Shown here piece by piece: positions 56,588-64,000 of a DNA stretch of 64,000 nucleotides. The notes beneath the pieces are model-generated. The model was not told where the DNA came from and searched no databases. It saw nothing but the letters and a program-made list of their open reading frames with translations. A program made the translations under genes and the position numbers. Source of the DNA: a bacterium (GTDB lineage Bacteria > Bacillota > Clostridia > Christensenellales > UBA3700); contig CAVAVP010000016.1 of NCBI GenBank assembly GCA_963592135.1, positions 6,126 through 70,125 of the forward strand, in the 5' to 3' direction. The stretch's first letter is position 1; every line of letters begins with the position of its first letter.

Positions 56588-57871
56588 TTATAGATACTTA
56601 TCTAACTCTATTTCTACATTCTTCATTTTCTTAGGTTTTGGATTTATTATAATACTACCCTCTTTTATAACATAAGATAATTGTCTTAAATAAGATAAGT
56701 TCTCTAGTGGATTTTTTTGACAAATAATAATATCTGCCATCTTACCACTTTCAATTGAACCTGTAAAACTATCTATTTTTGCAAGTTTAGCATTTAAAAG
56801 TGTTGCACTGTAAATTGCAAACATCGGTGTTACACCACAATATTTAACAAAGTAATATAATTCTCTCCACATATCATAATGAGTAACATAAGGGCATCCA
56901 GTATCTGTTCCTAAGCCTACAGGAATGCCTTCTTTTAGACATTCTTTTGCAAGGTCAATAATTCCATCCATAACAACTTTACCATTCTCTTGTTGCTCGT
57001 ATGTTGCATGAGATATATTTCTATCAAATAAAGCATATGGAAGTGCTGGAGATATAGTTGAAACTTGGAAAGCGTTTTTACTCTTAAACAATTTCATCAT
57101 CTCATCATCATGTTTGGCTCCATGTTCAATCGAATCTACTCCATTTTCAAGAGCGACCTTTACCCCTTGTGGACTTTCAACATGTGCAGCAACTTTCATT
57201 CCAAGCAAGTGTGCTTTATCACATGCAGCTTTTACAATTTCAGGAGACATCCTTAAAACTCCTGGCTCTCCAACTACTTCTGCATCCATTACGCCACCCG
57301 TAATCATTAATTTAATTAAATCAGGTTTATCTTGTGCAATTTTTTCAACAAACTCTTCTGCTTCTTTTGGAGAAGTTGCTTCATATGCAAGAGAGCCTGC
57401 CATATGCCCACCAGGAACTGATACCGCCATATTTGAAGCAATAATTCTTGGTCCTACAACTTTATCTTCATTTATTAAGTCTCTTATTATAGTGTCGTAA
57501 TTTGAAATACCACCAACTGTTCTTATTGTTGTAACCCCACCAAGCAATTCTTGTTTTGCATATCCTTCACAAATTTTTAACCCTAACTTATTTGTAAGTT
57601 TATTTGAAGTAATTAATTTTACTAGTTTTTTATTATCTGCTTGTTTTTTCTTAGGTTTTCCATTTGCTGGAAGATGAACGTGCATATTAATAAGACCAGG
57701 TAGGATATAACCGCCTTTTATATCTATTATTTGATAACCTTCTATAGATTCAGTTTTATCTACAATTTTCTCTATTTTTTTATCTTTTATTAATAAGACT
57801 TTACCACTCATTACTTGAGCATCTTTTGTTCCATCTATAATATTTCCATTTATTAATGCATATTTTGACAT
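56588..57871 (-). CDS. metal-dependent amidohydrolase family protein
   Basis: 427 aa with the HxH motif INMHVHL, later AAHVES and a conserved GTD...; the imidazolonepropionase/prolidase-like superfamily. Substrate unknown. Confidence 0.75.
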   Translation of the reverse strand: MSKYALINGNIIDGTKDAQVMSGKVLLIKDKKIEKIVDKTESIEGYQIIDIKGGYILPGLINMHVHLPANGKPKKKQADNKKLVKLITSNKLTNKLGLKICEGYAKQELLGGVTTIRTVGGISNYDTIIRDLINEDKVVGPRIIASNMAVSVPGGHMAGSLAYEATSPKEAEEFVEKIAQDKPDLIKLMITGGVMDAEVVGEPGVLRMSPEIVKAACDKAHLLGMKVAAHVESPQGVKVALENGVDSIEHGAKHDDEMMKLFKSKNAFQVSTISPALPYALFDRNISHATYEQQENGKVVMDGIIDLAKECLKEGIPVGLGTDTGCPYVTHYDMWRELYYFVKYCGVTPMFAIYSATLLNAKLAKIDSFTGSIESGKMADIIICQKNPLENLSYLRQLSYVIKEGSIIINPKPKKMKNVEIELDKYL

Positions 57872-57912
57872 AATATTACCTCTTTATATTTTAATATATA
57901 TATTTTACAACA

Positions 57913-57940
57913 AATTAGGCATTCATTTGAATGCCTAATT
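57913..57940 (-). terminator. terminator after the Rrf2 gene (bidirectional shape)
   Basis: A perfect 12 bp stem AATTAGGCATTC-ATTT-GAATGCCTAATT lies immediately after the Rrf2 stop. T-rich flanks occur on both strands. Confidence 0.65.
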
Positions 57941-57941
57941 T

Positions 57942-58370
57942 TTAAATTACATAATTATCTGCAACATTTATTTTAGCAAGAGAATCTAAACTTATACTTT
58001 GCAGATAGTCCCCTATTACTTTATATAATCCTTTCCACATAGGAAGTGTTCTACACTCTTCTGCTCTTAAACATTGTTTTGCGTCTTTTGTTAAGCATTC
58101 TATAGGAGCTAAATCGCCTTCCTCAACAACTAAGATTTCTGCTATCGTATAATCTTGTGGATCTCTTGCTAATTTATAGCCACCACCTTTCCCATGCAGT
58201 GCATCTAAAAGTCCAGCTTTAGATAATTCCGCAACAATTCCTTCTAAATATTTTTGAGAAATCTCTTGACGCTTTGCAATATCTTTTAGTGGAATATATT
58301 TTCCATTATTATTTTCGGCTAAATCTATCATTACACGCAGTGCGTATCTTCCTTTTGTTGAAATTTTCAT
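57942..58370 (-). CDS. Rrf2-family transcriptional regulator (CymR/IscR-like)
   Basis: 142 aa with MKISTKGRYALRVMIDLA and the wHTH ISQKYLEGIV. It lies downstream of cysK, as CymR-type regulators often do. Confidence 0.88.
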   Translation of the reverse strand: MKISTKGRYALRVMIDLAENNNGKYIPLKDIAKRQEISQKYLEGIVAELSKAGLLDALHGKGGGYKLARDPQDYTIAEILVVEEGDLAPIECLTKDAKQCLRAEECRTLPMWKGLYKVIGDYLQSISLDSLAKINVADNYVI

Positions 58371-58379
58371 ACTTCTCCT

Positions 58380-59312
58380 TTAGTCTTGAAATAAAGGTGT
58401 AGATAAATATCTATCTCCAGAGTCTGGCAACAATACTACTATTGTTTTCCCTTCGTTTTCAGGGCGTTTAGCAATTTCAATTGCTGCATATGTTGCTGCT
58501 CCTGAAGAAATACCTACTAAGAAACCTTCTTTTTTACCTATTAATTTTCCAACAGCAAATGAATCTTCATTTGATACTGGAAAAATTTCATCATATATCT
58601 TTGTGTTTAAAATCTTTGGAACAAATCCCGCTCCTATTCCTTGAATCTTATGAGCTCCGGCTTTTCCTGTAGATAATACGGCAGATGTTGCTGGCTCTAC
58701 AGCTACGACTTTAATATTTGGATTTTTAGATTTTAAATATTCTCCAACTCCAGTAACTGTACCACCTGTTCCAACGCCTGCTACAAATATATCTACGTTT
58801 CCATCGGTGTCTTCGTATATTTCTGGTCCTGTTGTTTCAATATGAGCTTTTGGGTTTGCTGGGTTTACAAATTGTCCAGCAATGATACTATTTGGATTTT
58901 GGGCATGTAACTCTTCTGCTTTTTCTATAGCGCCAGACATTCCTTTTGACCCATCAGACAATACGATTTCAGCTCCGTATGCTTTAATTAATTGTCTTCT
59001 TTCAACAGACATTGTCTCTGGCATAACAATAACTGACTTATAACCACGAGCAGCCGAGATAGCAGCAATACCGATACCCGTATTTCCTGATGTTGGTTCA
59101 ATAATTACTGTATCCTTATTTAGTTTTCCTTGTTTTTCAGCTTCATTTAAAATTGACACAGCTACTCTATCCTTTACTGAGCCTGCTGGGTTAAATAATT
59201 CAACCTTTGCAAGAAGTCTTGCTTTTAAATTATAAAGTTTCTCTATATGTGTTAACTCTAAAAGAGGTGTTTTTCCTACTAATTGATCAACTGATGTATA
59301 TATTTTTGACAT
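58380..59312 (-). CDS. cysK: cysteine synthase A (O-acetylserine sulfhydrylase)
   Basis: 310 aa with the PLP motif NPAGSVKDR, plus TSGNTGIG and GVGTGGT. Confidence 0.95.
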   Translation of the reverse strand: MSKIYTSVDQLVGKTPLLELTHIEKLYNLKARLLAKVELFNPAGSVKDRVAVSILNEAEKQGKLNKDTVIIEPTSGNTGIGIAAISAARGYKSVIVMPETMSVERRQLIKAYGAEIVLSDGSKGMSGAIEKAEELHAQNPNSIIAGQFVNPANPKAHIETTGPEIYEDTDGNVDIFVAGVGTGGTVTGVGEYLKSKNPNIKVVAVEPATSAVLSTGKAGAHKIQGIGAGFVPKILNTKIYDEIFPVSNEDSFAVGKLIGKKEGFLVGISSGAATYAAIEIAKRPENEGKTIVVLLPDSGDRYLSTPLFQD

Positions 59313-59334
59313 TGTTTTATCTCCTTTTATTTTT

Positions 59335-60627
59335 CTACTTTTTTATTATAGCATTAAATCCATTGTCTAAATCTGCAATAATATCATCTATATGTTCTGT
59401 ACCTATTGATAATCTTATTGTATTTGGATAAATATTTTGATCTGCAGCTTCTTTCTCCGTCAATTGCGAGTGCGTAGTTGAGGCTGGGTGAATAACCAAC
59501 GATTTAACATCAGCAACATTTGCAAGAAGAGAAAATATCTTTAAGTTATCTATAAACTTCCAAGCTTCCTCCTTGCCACCTTTTATGTTAAATGTAAATA
59601 TAGAGCCACCACCATTTGGAAAATATTTTTCATATAAGTCATGTTGTGGATGATTCTTTAATGATGGATGATTAACACTTTCAACAAGTGGATGTTTTGA
59701 AAGATATTCAACAACCAATTTTGTATTATATGCATGTCTATCTAATCTTAAAGATAATGTTTCTAACCCTTGCAACAATAGCCATGCGTTGAATGGCGAA
59801 ATTGTAGCTCCCTCATCTCTAAGAAGAATTGCTCTAACATAAGTTACAAATGCTGTAGGTCCTACTGCCTTTGCAAAAGAAATTCCATGATAACTTGGAT
59901 TTGGTTTAGCAATTTGTGGATATTTATCTTCATTTTTTAACCAATCAAAATTGCCTGAATCTACAATAACACCACCAAGAGTTGTACCATGGCCTCCTAT
60001 AAATTTTGTTGCCGAATGAATAACAATATCTGCACCATGTTCAATTGGTCTAATTAAATATGGTGTTCCGAATGTATTGTCTATAACAAGTGGAATATTA
60101 TTTTCATGTGCGATTATTGAAAGAGCATCAATATCTGGAATATCTGAATTTGGATTACCAAGCGTTTCAATATATAATGCTTTTGTATTTGGCTTAATAG
60201 CCTTTTTTACTTCATCTAAGTTATGAATATCTACAAATGTAGTGTTAATACCAAATCTAGTCAAAGTATGAGCTAGTAAATTATATGAGCCTCCATAAAT
60301 AGTTTTTTGAGCAACAATATTATCCCCTGCTCCTGCTAATGCTTGAATTGTATATGTAACTGCTGCAGCTCCAGATGCTAACGCAAGTGCAGCTACACCA
60401 CCTTCCAATGCTGCTATTCTCTCTTCAAGTACACTTTGTGTTGAATTTGTTAATCTACCATATATGTTTCCTGAATCTGCAAGCCCAAATCTATCAGCTG
60501 CATGTTTTGAATTATGAAATACATATGATGTTGTTTGATAAATAGGAACTGCTCTTGAATCCGTTACTGGATCAGCTTGTTCTTGTCCTACATGTAATTG
60601 TAATGTTTCGAATTTATATTTTGCCAT
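59335..60627 (-). CDS. metY: O-acetylhomoserine aminocarboxypropyltransferase (sulfhydrylase)
   Basis: 430 aa with HSATKFIGGHG (PLP Lys) and N-terminal FETLQLHVGQE. Confidence 0.92.
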   Translation of the reverse strand: MAKYKFETLQLHVGQEQADPVTDSRAVPIYQTTSYVFHNSKHAADRFGLADSGNIYGRLTNSTQSVLEERIAALEGGVAALALASGAAAVTYTIQALAGAGDNIVAQKTIYGGSYNLLAHTLTRFGINTTFVDIHNLDEVKKAIKPNTKALYIETLGNPNSDIPDIDALSIIAHENNIPLVIDNTFGTPYLIRPIEHGADIVIHSATKFIGGHGTTLGGVIVDSGNFDWLKNEDKYPQIAKPNPSYHGISFAKAVGPTAFVTYVRAILLRDEGATISPFNAWLLLQGLETLSLRLDRHAYNTKLVVEYLSKHPLVESVNHPSLKNHPQHDLYEKYFPNGGGSIFTFNIKGGKEEAWKFIDNLKIFSLLANVADVKSLVIHPASTTHSQLTEKEAADQNIYPNTIRLSIGTEHIDDIIADLDNGFNAIIKK

Positions 60628-60780
60628 TTTTCTAATCTCCTTTTTTTATGTGTTTTTGGTTTTTTTTGAATTGACTTATTTACACATTCGACCAAAACGG
60701 AAATTAGCTCTTACTAATTCTTCAAATAAATTATTAGCTTTTTTATTAATAAACTTAATCATTCTATCTATTATCCTTTT

Positions 60781-60799
60781 ACCTACTTACTTAGTAGGT
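60781..60799 (-). promoter_or_regulatory. inverted repeat at the start of the metY-cysK-Rrf2 transcript (candidate operator)
   Basis: ACCTACT-N5-AGTAGGT begins 8 nt downstream of the -10 hexamer. Confidence 0.35.
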
Positions 60800-60806
60800 T
60801 GATATG

Positions 60807-60835
60807 ATTATAAACCCACCATTTCGGTATGTCAA
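60807..60835 (-). promoter_or_regulatory. consensus sigma-A promoter of the metY-cysK-Rrf2 operon
   Basis: Perfect TTGACA (60835-60830), a 17 nt spacer, then perfect TATAAT (60812-60807), about 180 nt upstream of the metY ATG. Confidence 0.7.
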
Positions 60836-60862
60836 TAGGTTTTTTATATTTTTTTCATAAAT

Positions 60863-60897
60863 AAAAAAAACTCGAGCTTATACTCTCGAGCTTTTTT
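60863..60897 (-). terminator. bidirectional intrinsic terminator after the GH30-like gene
   Basis: The stem is formed by two CTCGAG palindromes (60871-60876 / 60885-60890), flanked by A8 and T6. Confidence 0.7.
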
Positions 60898-60911
60898 ATT
60901 TATAAATTTAA

Positions 60912-62501
60912 TCATTTTAGAATTATAGTAGTTATGCTATTTGGCTCAAATTTAATTTGACCATTAAACTTACCACTTGTTTCTTGTAAATATTGTCCGT
61001 CAGTTGATGTATACTTTGCATATGTTTCATATTGATCTTTTATATTCCACTCATATTCATAGTTAGTTATGTTTATGTATATAAAAACAATAGAACCATC
61101 CGGATTTTTAAAAACATTATACAAATCATCTGCATAATTTGCATCTTCATCGCCGTTTTTATACCATTTTTTTATTTTATCTAAATCTGTTAAATAAGAC
61201 TTTTCATTTTGCAAATCTACTTGAATATATTGAGCCCCCTCTTGGACAAATTTTGAGTAATGTTTCATCATGTAATATCTTGGAGCTACATTTACATCTG
61301 AATTCTTTTCATCCCAATTGTTATATAGCAATCCATCTTCATAATTATAATTAGAAACCGCAATCCACCATTGCCATGTGTTTGAATGTAAGATTCCTAT
61401 ATCATAGCACATAACATAACCTAAGAATTGTGCTGTTTCAAATGCATTAGAAACTCCACTGGACATTTGGCAATATTCTGTTTGGCTAAAATTCATGTTA
61501 TATTCTTTAATTTTAGACATTGCATCTTCTCTTAAACTTCTTGAAGTTGAACTTTTGTATGCATGATAAGAAATATGATCTAATTCTTTAAAATAATCAT
61601 ACTTTTTCATTTCATCTAAATATTTTGTATTGAGACTCATAGGATAGCCACCTGATTCATATGCATCTAACTTAATATTTGTGCCGTATTTTTTATTAAA
61701 CGCACTCAGTTGTGTATATACTTCATTTAAGCATTTTGCTGCGCTTGCTGGCTCATAATGACATCCTTCTTGAGTTGCACCGTTTCCGCCCCATTTCCAT
61801 TGTGGTTCATTAATTGGACTTATACATGTAACAGGATAATTATTATCTACTACAAAATATTTTAATATTTGCATTAAATAACTTGCAAAAACATCATAAT
61901 TTTCTTCAGATAAATTATCTGTACTTGCTGTAGTGCTATGGCATAAATTATTTTTAGTCATTAAATAATGAGGAGAATTTACAAATAAAATTAATGAATC
62001 TATACATCCATATGATAAAGATTTTTTAAGAACGTTCATTGCATTTTTATCTTTTGTAAAATCATAATTATTTTTATTTGAAACATATGCTAAAAGTTCG
62101 TCGTGTGAATTTCCTGTATAATTTTCACCTTTTAAGAAAGATTCACACATTCTTTCATCATCAGCATATGCATATTCTTCTTTTTTATCTACTGAGCCAC
62201 CACCAATGTTATATCTATAAATATTTAAACCTAACCCATCACTACTATATAGATATTTAACAATTTCATCTATGTTATCATTTCCACCAACAACTTGTGA
62301 CCACCAAGCAGAAGAAGCACCAAAACCTTCCATTGTTTGATACACAATTCCACTTGATATATTCACTAAATTATTTGCACTATCTGGTGTTTCATAAAAT
62401 GTTTTATCTTTACACGAAGTAAATGAAAAAACTATTATACAAACTATTAATAAAATCAAAACCCCACTTATATACTTTTTCATATTAAACCTTTCTTTCA
62501 C
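60912..62501 (-). CDS. glycoside hydrolase family 30-like (clan GH-A) lipoprotein
   Basis: 529 aa with lipobox FTSC. Motifs are MEGFGASSAWW, INEPQW (acid/base Glu) and FSQTEYC (nucleophile Glu). Confidence 0.7.
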   Translation of the reverse strand: MKERFNMKKYISGVLILLIVCIIVFSFTSCKDKTFYETPDSANNLVNISSGIVYQTMEGFGASSAWWSQVVGGNDNIDEIVKYLYSSDGLGLNIYRYNIGGGSVDKKEEYAYADDERMCESFLKGENYTGNSHDELLAYVSNKNNYDFTKDKNAMNVLKKSLSYGCIDSLILFVNSPHYLMTKNNLCHSTTASTDNLSEENYDVFASYLMQILKYFVVDNNYPVTCISPINEPQWKWGGNGATQEGCHYEPASAAKCLNEVYTQLSAFNKKYGTNIKLDAYESGGYPMSLNTKYLDEMKKYDYFKELDHISYHAYKSSTSRSLREDAMSKIKEYNMNFSQTEYCQMSSGVSNAFETAQFLGYVMCYDIGILHSNTWQWWIAVSNYNYEDGLLYNNWDEKNSDVNVAPRYYMMKHYSKFVQEGAQYIQVDLQNEKSYLTDLDKIKKWYKNGDEDANYADDLYNVFKNPDGSIVFIYINITNYEYEWNIKDQYETYAKYTSTDGQYLQETSGKFNGQIKFEPNSITTIILK

Positions 62502-63102
62502 GTATGGAATCCTTTATTTTTTGTTTAATCATTTTTTTAACATCTTCATTTTTTATATTAGAAATCAACCTTTCAGCCCTCTTGTTGTCTATAAAATACA
62601 ATTTTTGTATAAGCCATGCTATAGCCATTTTAACATAATATTTATCATTTTCAACTTTTTGTATATTTAGCACTACATCATCTATATGATTTTCATCTAA
62701 AAAATTAAATAGAAGATTTACTATTCCCCATCTACATATAAATTCTTGATCACTTTTTAAAAACTCTAAACACTTGTTGTAAAATTTTTCATCTTTACTC
62801 TTCCAATGAGTTGTATCACATATAGACCAATCATCTATTATTTTAACAAAATCATCTATAAGTTCAATATTTTTTGTGTATGCTATAACCATTCCCTTTA
62901 ACATATTTATTTCAAATATATTGGATTTCATTTTTAAAAATTCTAAATAGTTTTTCTCTTTATAAATTTTCAAAGCATACTTTCTTAATTTAGGAATTCT
63001 TACGCCATAGATTTCATATTTTGTTGAAGTTAATCTTTTACTAAATTCTTTATATTTTTCTTCTTTATTATCATTTAAAAATTGATTTACAACATCAAAC
63101 AT
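62485..63102 (-). CDS. DNA alkylation repair protein (AlkD-like HEAT-repeat family)
   Basis: 205 aa. The layout ..Y.EF..RL......IYGVRIPKLRK.., W..CD and YYVKMAIAWL parallels AlkD/PF08713 proteins. Confidence 0.55.
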   Translation of the reverse strand: MFDVVNQFLNDNKEEKYKEFSKRLTSTKYEIYGVRIPKLRKYALKIYKEKNYLEFLKMKSNIFEINMLKGMVIAYTKNIELIDDFVKIIDDWSICDTTHWKSKDEKFYNKCLEFLKSDQEFICRWGIVNLLFNFLDENHIDDVVLNIQKVENDKYYVKMAIAWLIQKLYFIDNKRAERLISNIKNEDVKKMIKQKIKDSIRERKV

Positions 63103-64000
63103 CTACGCATCCCCCGTAATTCTTAAATAAACTACATTTTGGAATCTTGTAATAGTATTATTATTTGCATCTGATCTTACAAAATAAACTATATTTTCAA
63201 AGCTTGCATTAAATGTTGTGTGATTACTATAGTACTCTTCAAGCCATTCTTTAACCTTTAAAGCACCATCCCCGAGCCCTACGACATTTAATTTAATACT
63301 AAATTGTAAAGTCTCTCCCGCTTTTACAACCCTATTTTCACCAATTTGGCAATAATAATCTATAAGAGTAAAGAATTTTTCTTTACTTGTTATGTATAAA
63401 TCATAAACTTCGTTATTATATGTAAATAAACTTGAAGCCCAATAATCATACTGACCATCACCAGCGTAATAATTTCCAGCTTCATATTGTGTATATTCAG
63501 TTCTACCATTGTATGACTCTGATTCGTATTCACTCATCATAAAGAAATCATAATTTATAAGCTCATATTTTTGCGTTCCTGAACAATCAAGGCCATTTGA
63601 CCAAGTGATATCTATTGTGTACCAGTTTTCATCAAGTTGAACTTTTATCCATGTGTGATTTCCGCTATCAACCTTTCCCATAGTCTTATAGGTTTTAATT
63701 CCTTCTATATTACACATAATAGACATTGCAGCCGCAAGTCCATTACATACTGCTACCCTATAGAAAAATACACCTTCCGCATAGAATGATGTGTTTTTAT
63801 AAATCGAAGCATATTCACTACTTATTGCAGATAGTTTAGAAGATTTAGTTGTCAATCCTCTATCGTATATAGTGTTATAATTGATATAATCATAGATAGC
63901 TAATACTTTTTCATAATCTGTCATATTATCATCTACTATTTTTCTTAAAACTTCTTTTGCTCTTGTATAAACTTTATCCGCATTAGAATTTACAACAGGA
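63103..64000 (-). CDS. transglutaminase-core protein, paralog of the C-terminal half of the 47183-50926 lipoprotein; 5' end beyond the window
   Basis: VAVCNGLAAAM (Cys codon 63745-63747), NHTWIKV and TIDITW form the Cys-His-Asp core. The frame stays open upstream of the track's Met (PVVNSNADKVYTRAKEVLRKIVDDNMTDYEKVLAIYDY). This is collinear with PVIVNNDLKTMYKKMKTVLRTILDENMNDYEIALAIYDY of the large protein. Confidence 0.8.
   Translation of the reverse strand, partial: PVVNSNADKVYTRAKEVLRKIVDDNMTDYEKVLAIYDYINYNTIYDRGLTTKSSKLSAISSEYASIYKNTSFYAEGVFFYRVAVCNGLAAAMSIMCNIEGIKTYKTMGKVDSGNHTWIKVQLDENWYTIDITWSNGLDCSGTQKYELINYDFFMMSEYESESYNGRTEYTQYEAGNYYAGDGQYDYWASSLFTYNNEVYDLYITSKEKFFTLIDYYCQIGENRVVKAGETLQFSIKLNVVGLGDGALKVKEWLEEYYSNHTTFNASFENIVYFVRSDANNNTITRFQNVVYLRITGDA

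Noticed and set aside
1-64000. I searched for CRISPR arrays, IS elements or transposases, integrases, prophage genes, toxin-antitoxin pairs, restriction-modification systems and other defence systems.
   Set aside because: There are no regularly spaced direct repeats. There are no ORFs with DDE/tyrosine/serine recombinase, RT, nuclease-helicase or methyltransferase-restriction signatures. Every ORF over 150 aa is accounted for by a housekeeping or envelope function. The only mobile-element trace is the DUF4143 fragment.

Overview
This is an AT-rich, tightly packed chromosomal segment of a low-GC Gram-positive bacterium, probably Firmicutes/Clostridia-like. It uses the standard genetic code, since all long ORFs are intact with TGA as stop. 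About 90% of the window is core housekeeping, mostly on the minus strand. From the left: ybeY / 7TM-HD / phoH; dnaB; pepF; and a deo nucleoside-salvage operon (pdp-deoC-deoD-deoB). Next comes a ~12 kb gap-free array: CBM/GT-C membrane protein-topA-trmFO-hslVU-hisS-aspS-trxA-glyA. Then the plsX-rnc-smc-ftsY / ylxM-ffh-rpsP-KH-rimM-trmD-ylqF-rnhB-rplS block, followed by rpmF, pta-ackA and tmcAL. Further right are an rsmD-coaD fusion, 5-FCL, aconitase, rdgB-yfcE-typA, a 7-tRNA array and a metY-cysK-Rrf2 sulfur operon. I found no CRISPR array, rRNA, transposase, integrase, phage gene or recognisable defence system, and I do not claim one. Accessory content is limited to two paralogous transglutaminase-core lipoproteins, one of 1247 aa with six InlB-type B-repeats. 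It also includes a DUF2156/FemX-like gene, a GH30-like lipoprotein, an AlkD-like gene and a DUF4143 ATPase remnant beside the tRNA array. The items most worth a second look are listed here. (1) An orphan plus-strand tandem-hairpin RNA with its own terminator between pdp and glyA. (2) The rsmD-coaD gene fusion. (3) The CBM-like/GT-C lipoprotein heading the topA operon. (4) A probable non-AUG (ATA) start for phoH. (5) Two candidate leaderless mRNAs. (6) A tRNA-Gly(UCC) with a C55 T-loop. (7) A metY-cysK-Rrf2 operon with a consensus promoter, an inverted repeat and no S-box or T-box. All functional calls rest on motif recognition by eye. No database search was run.
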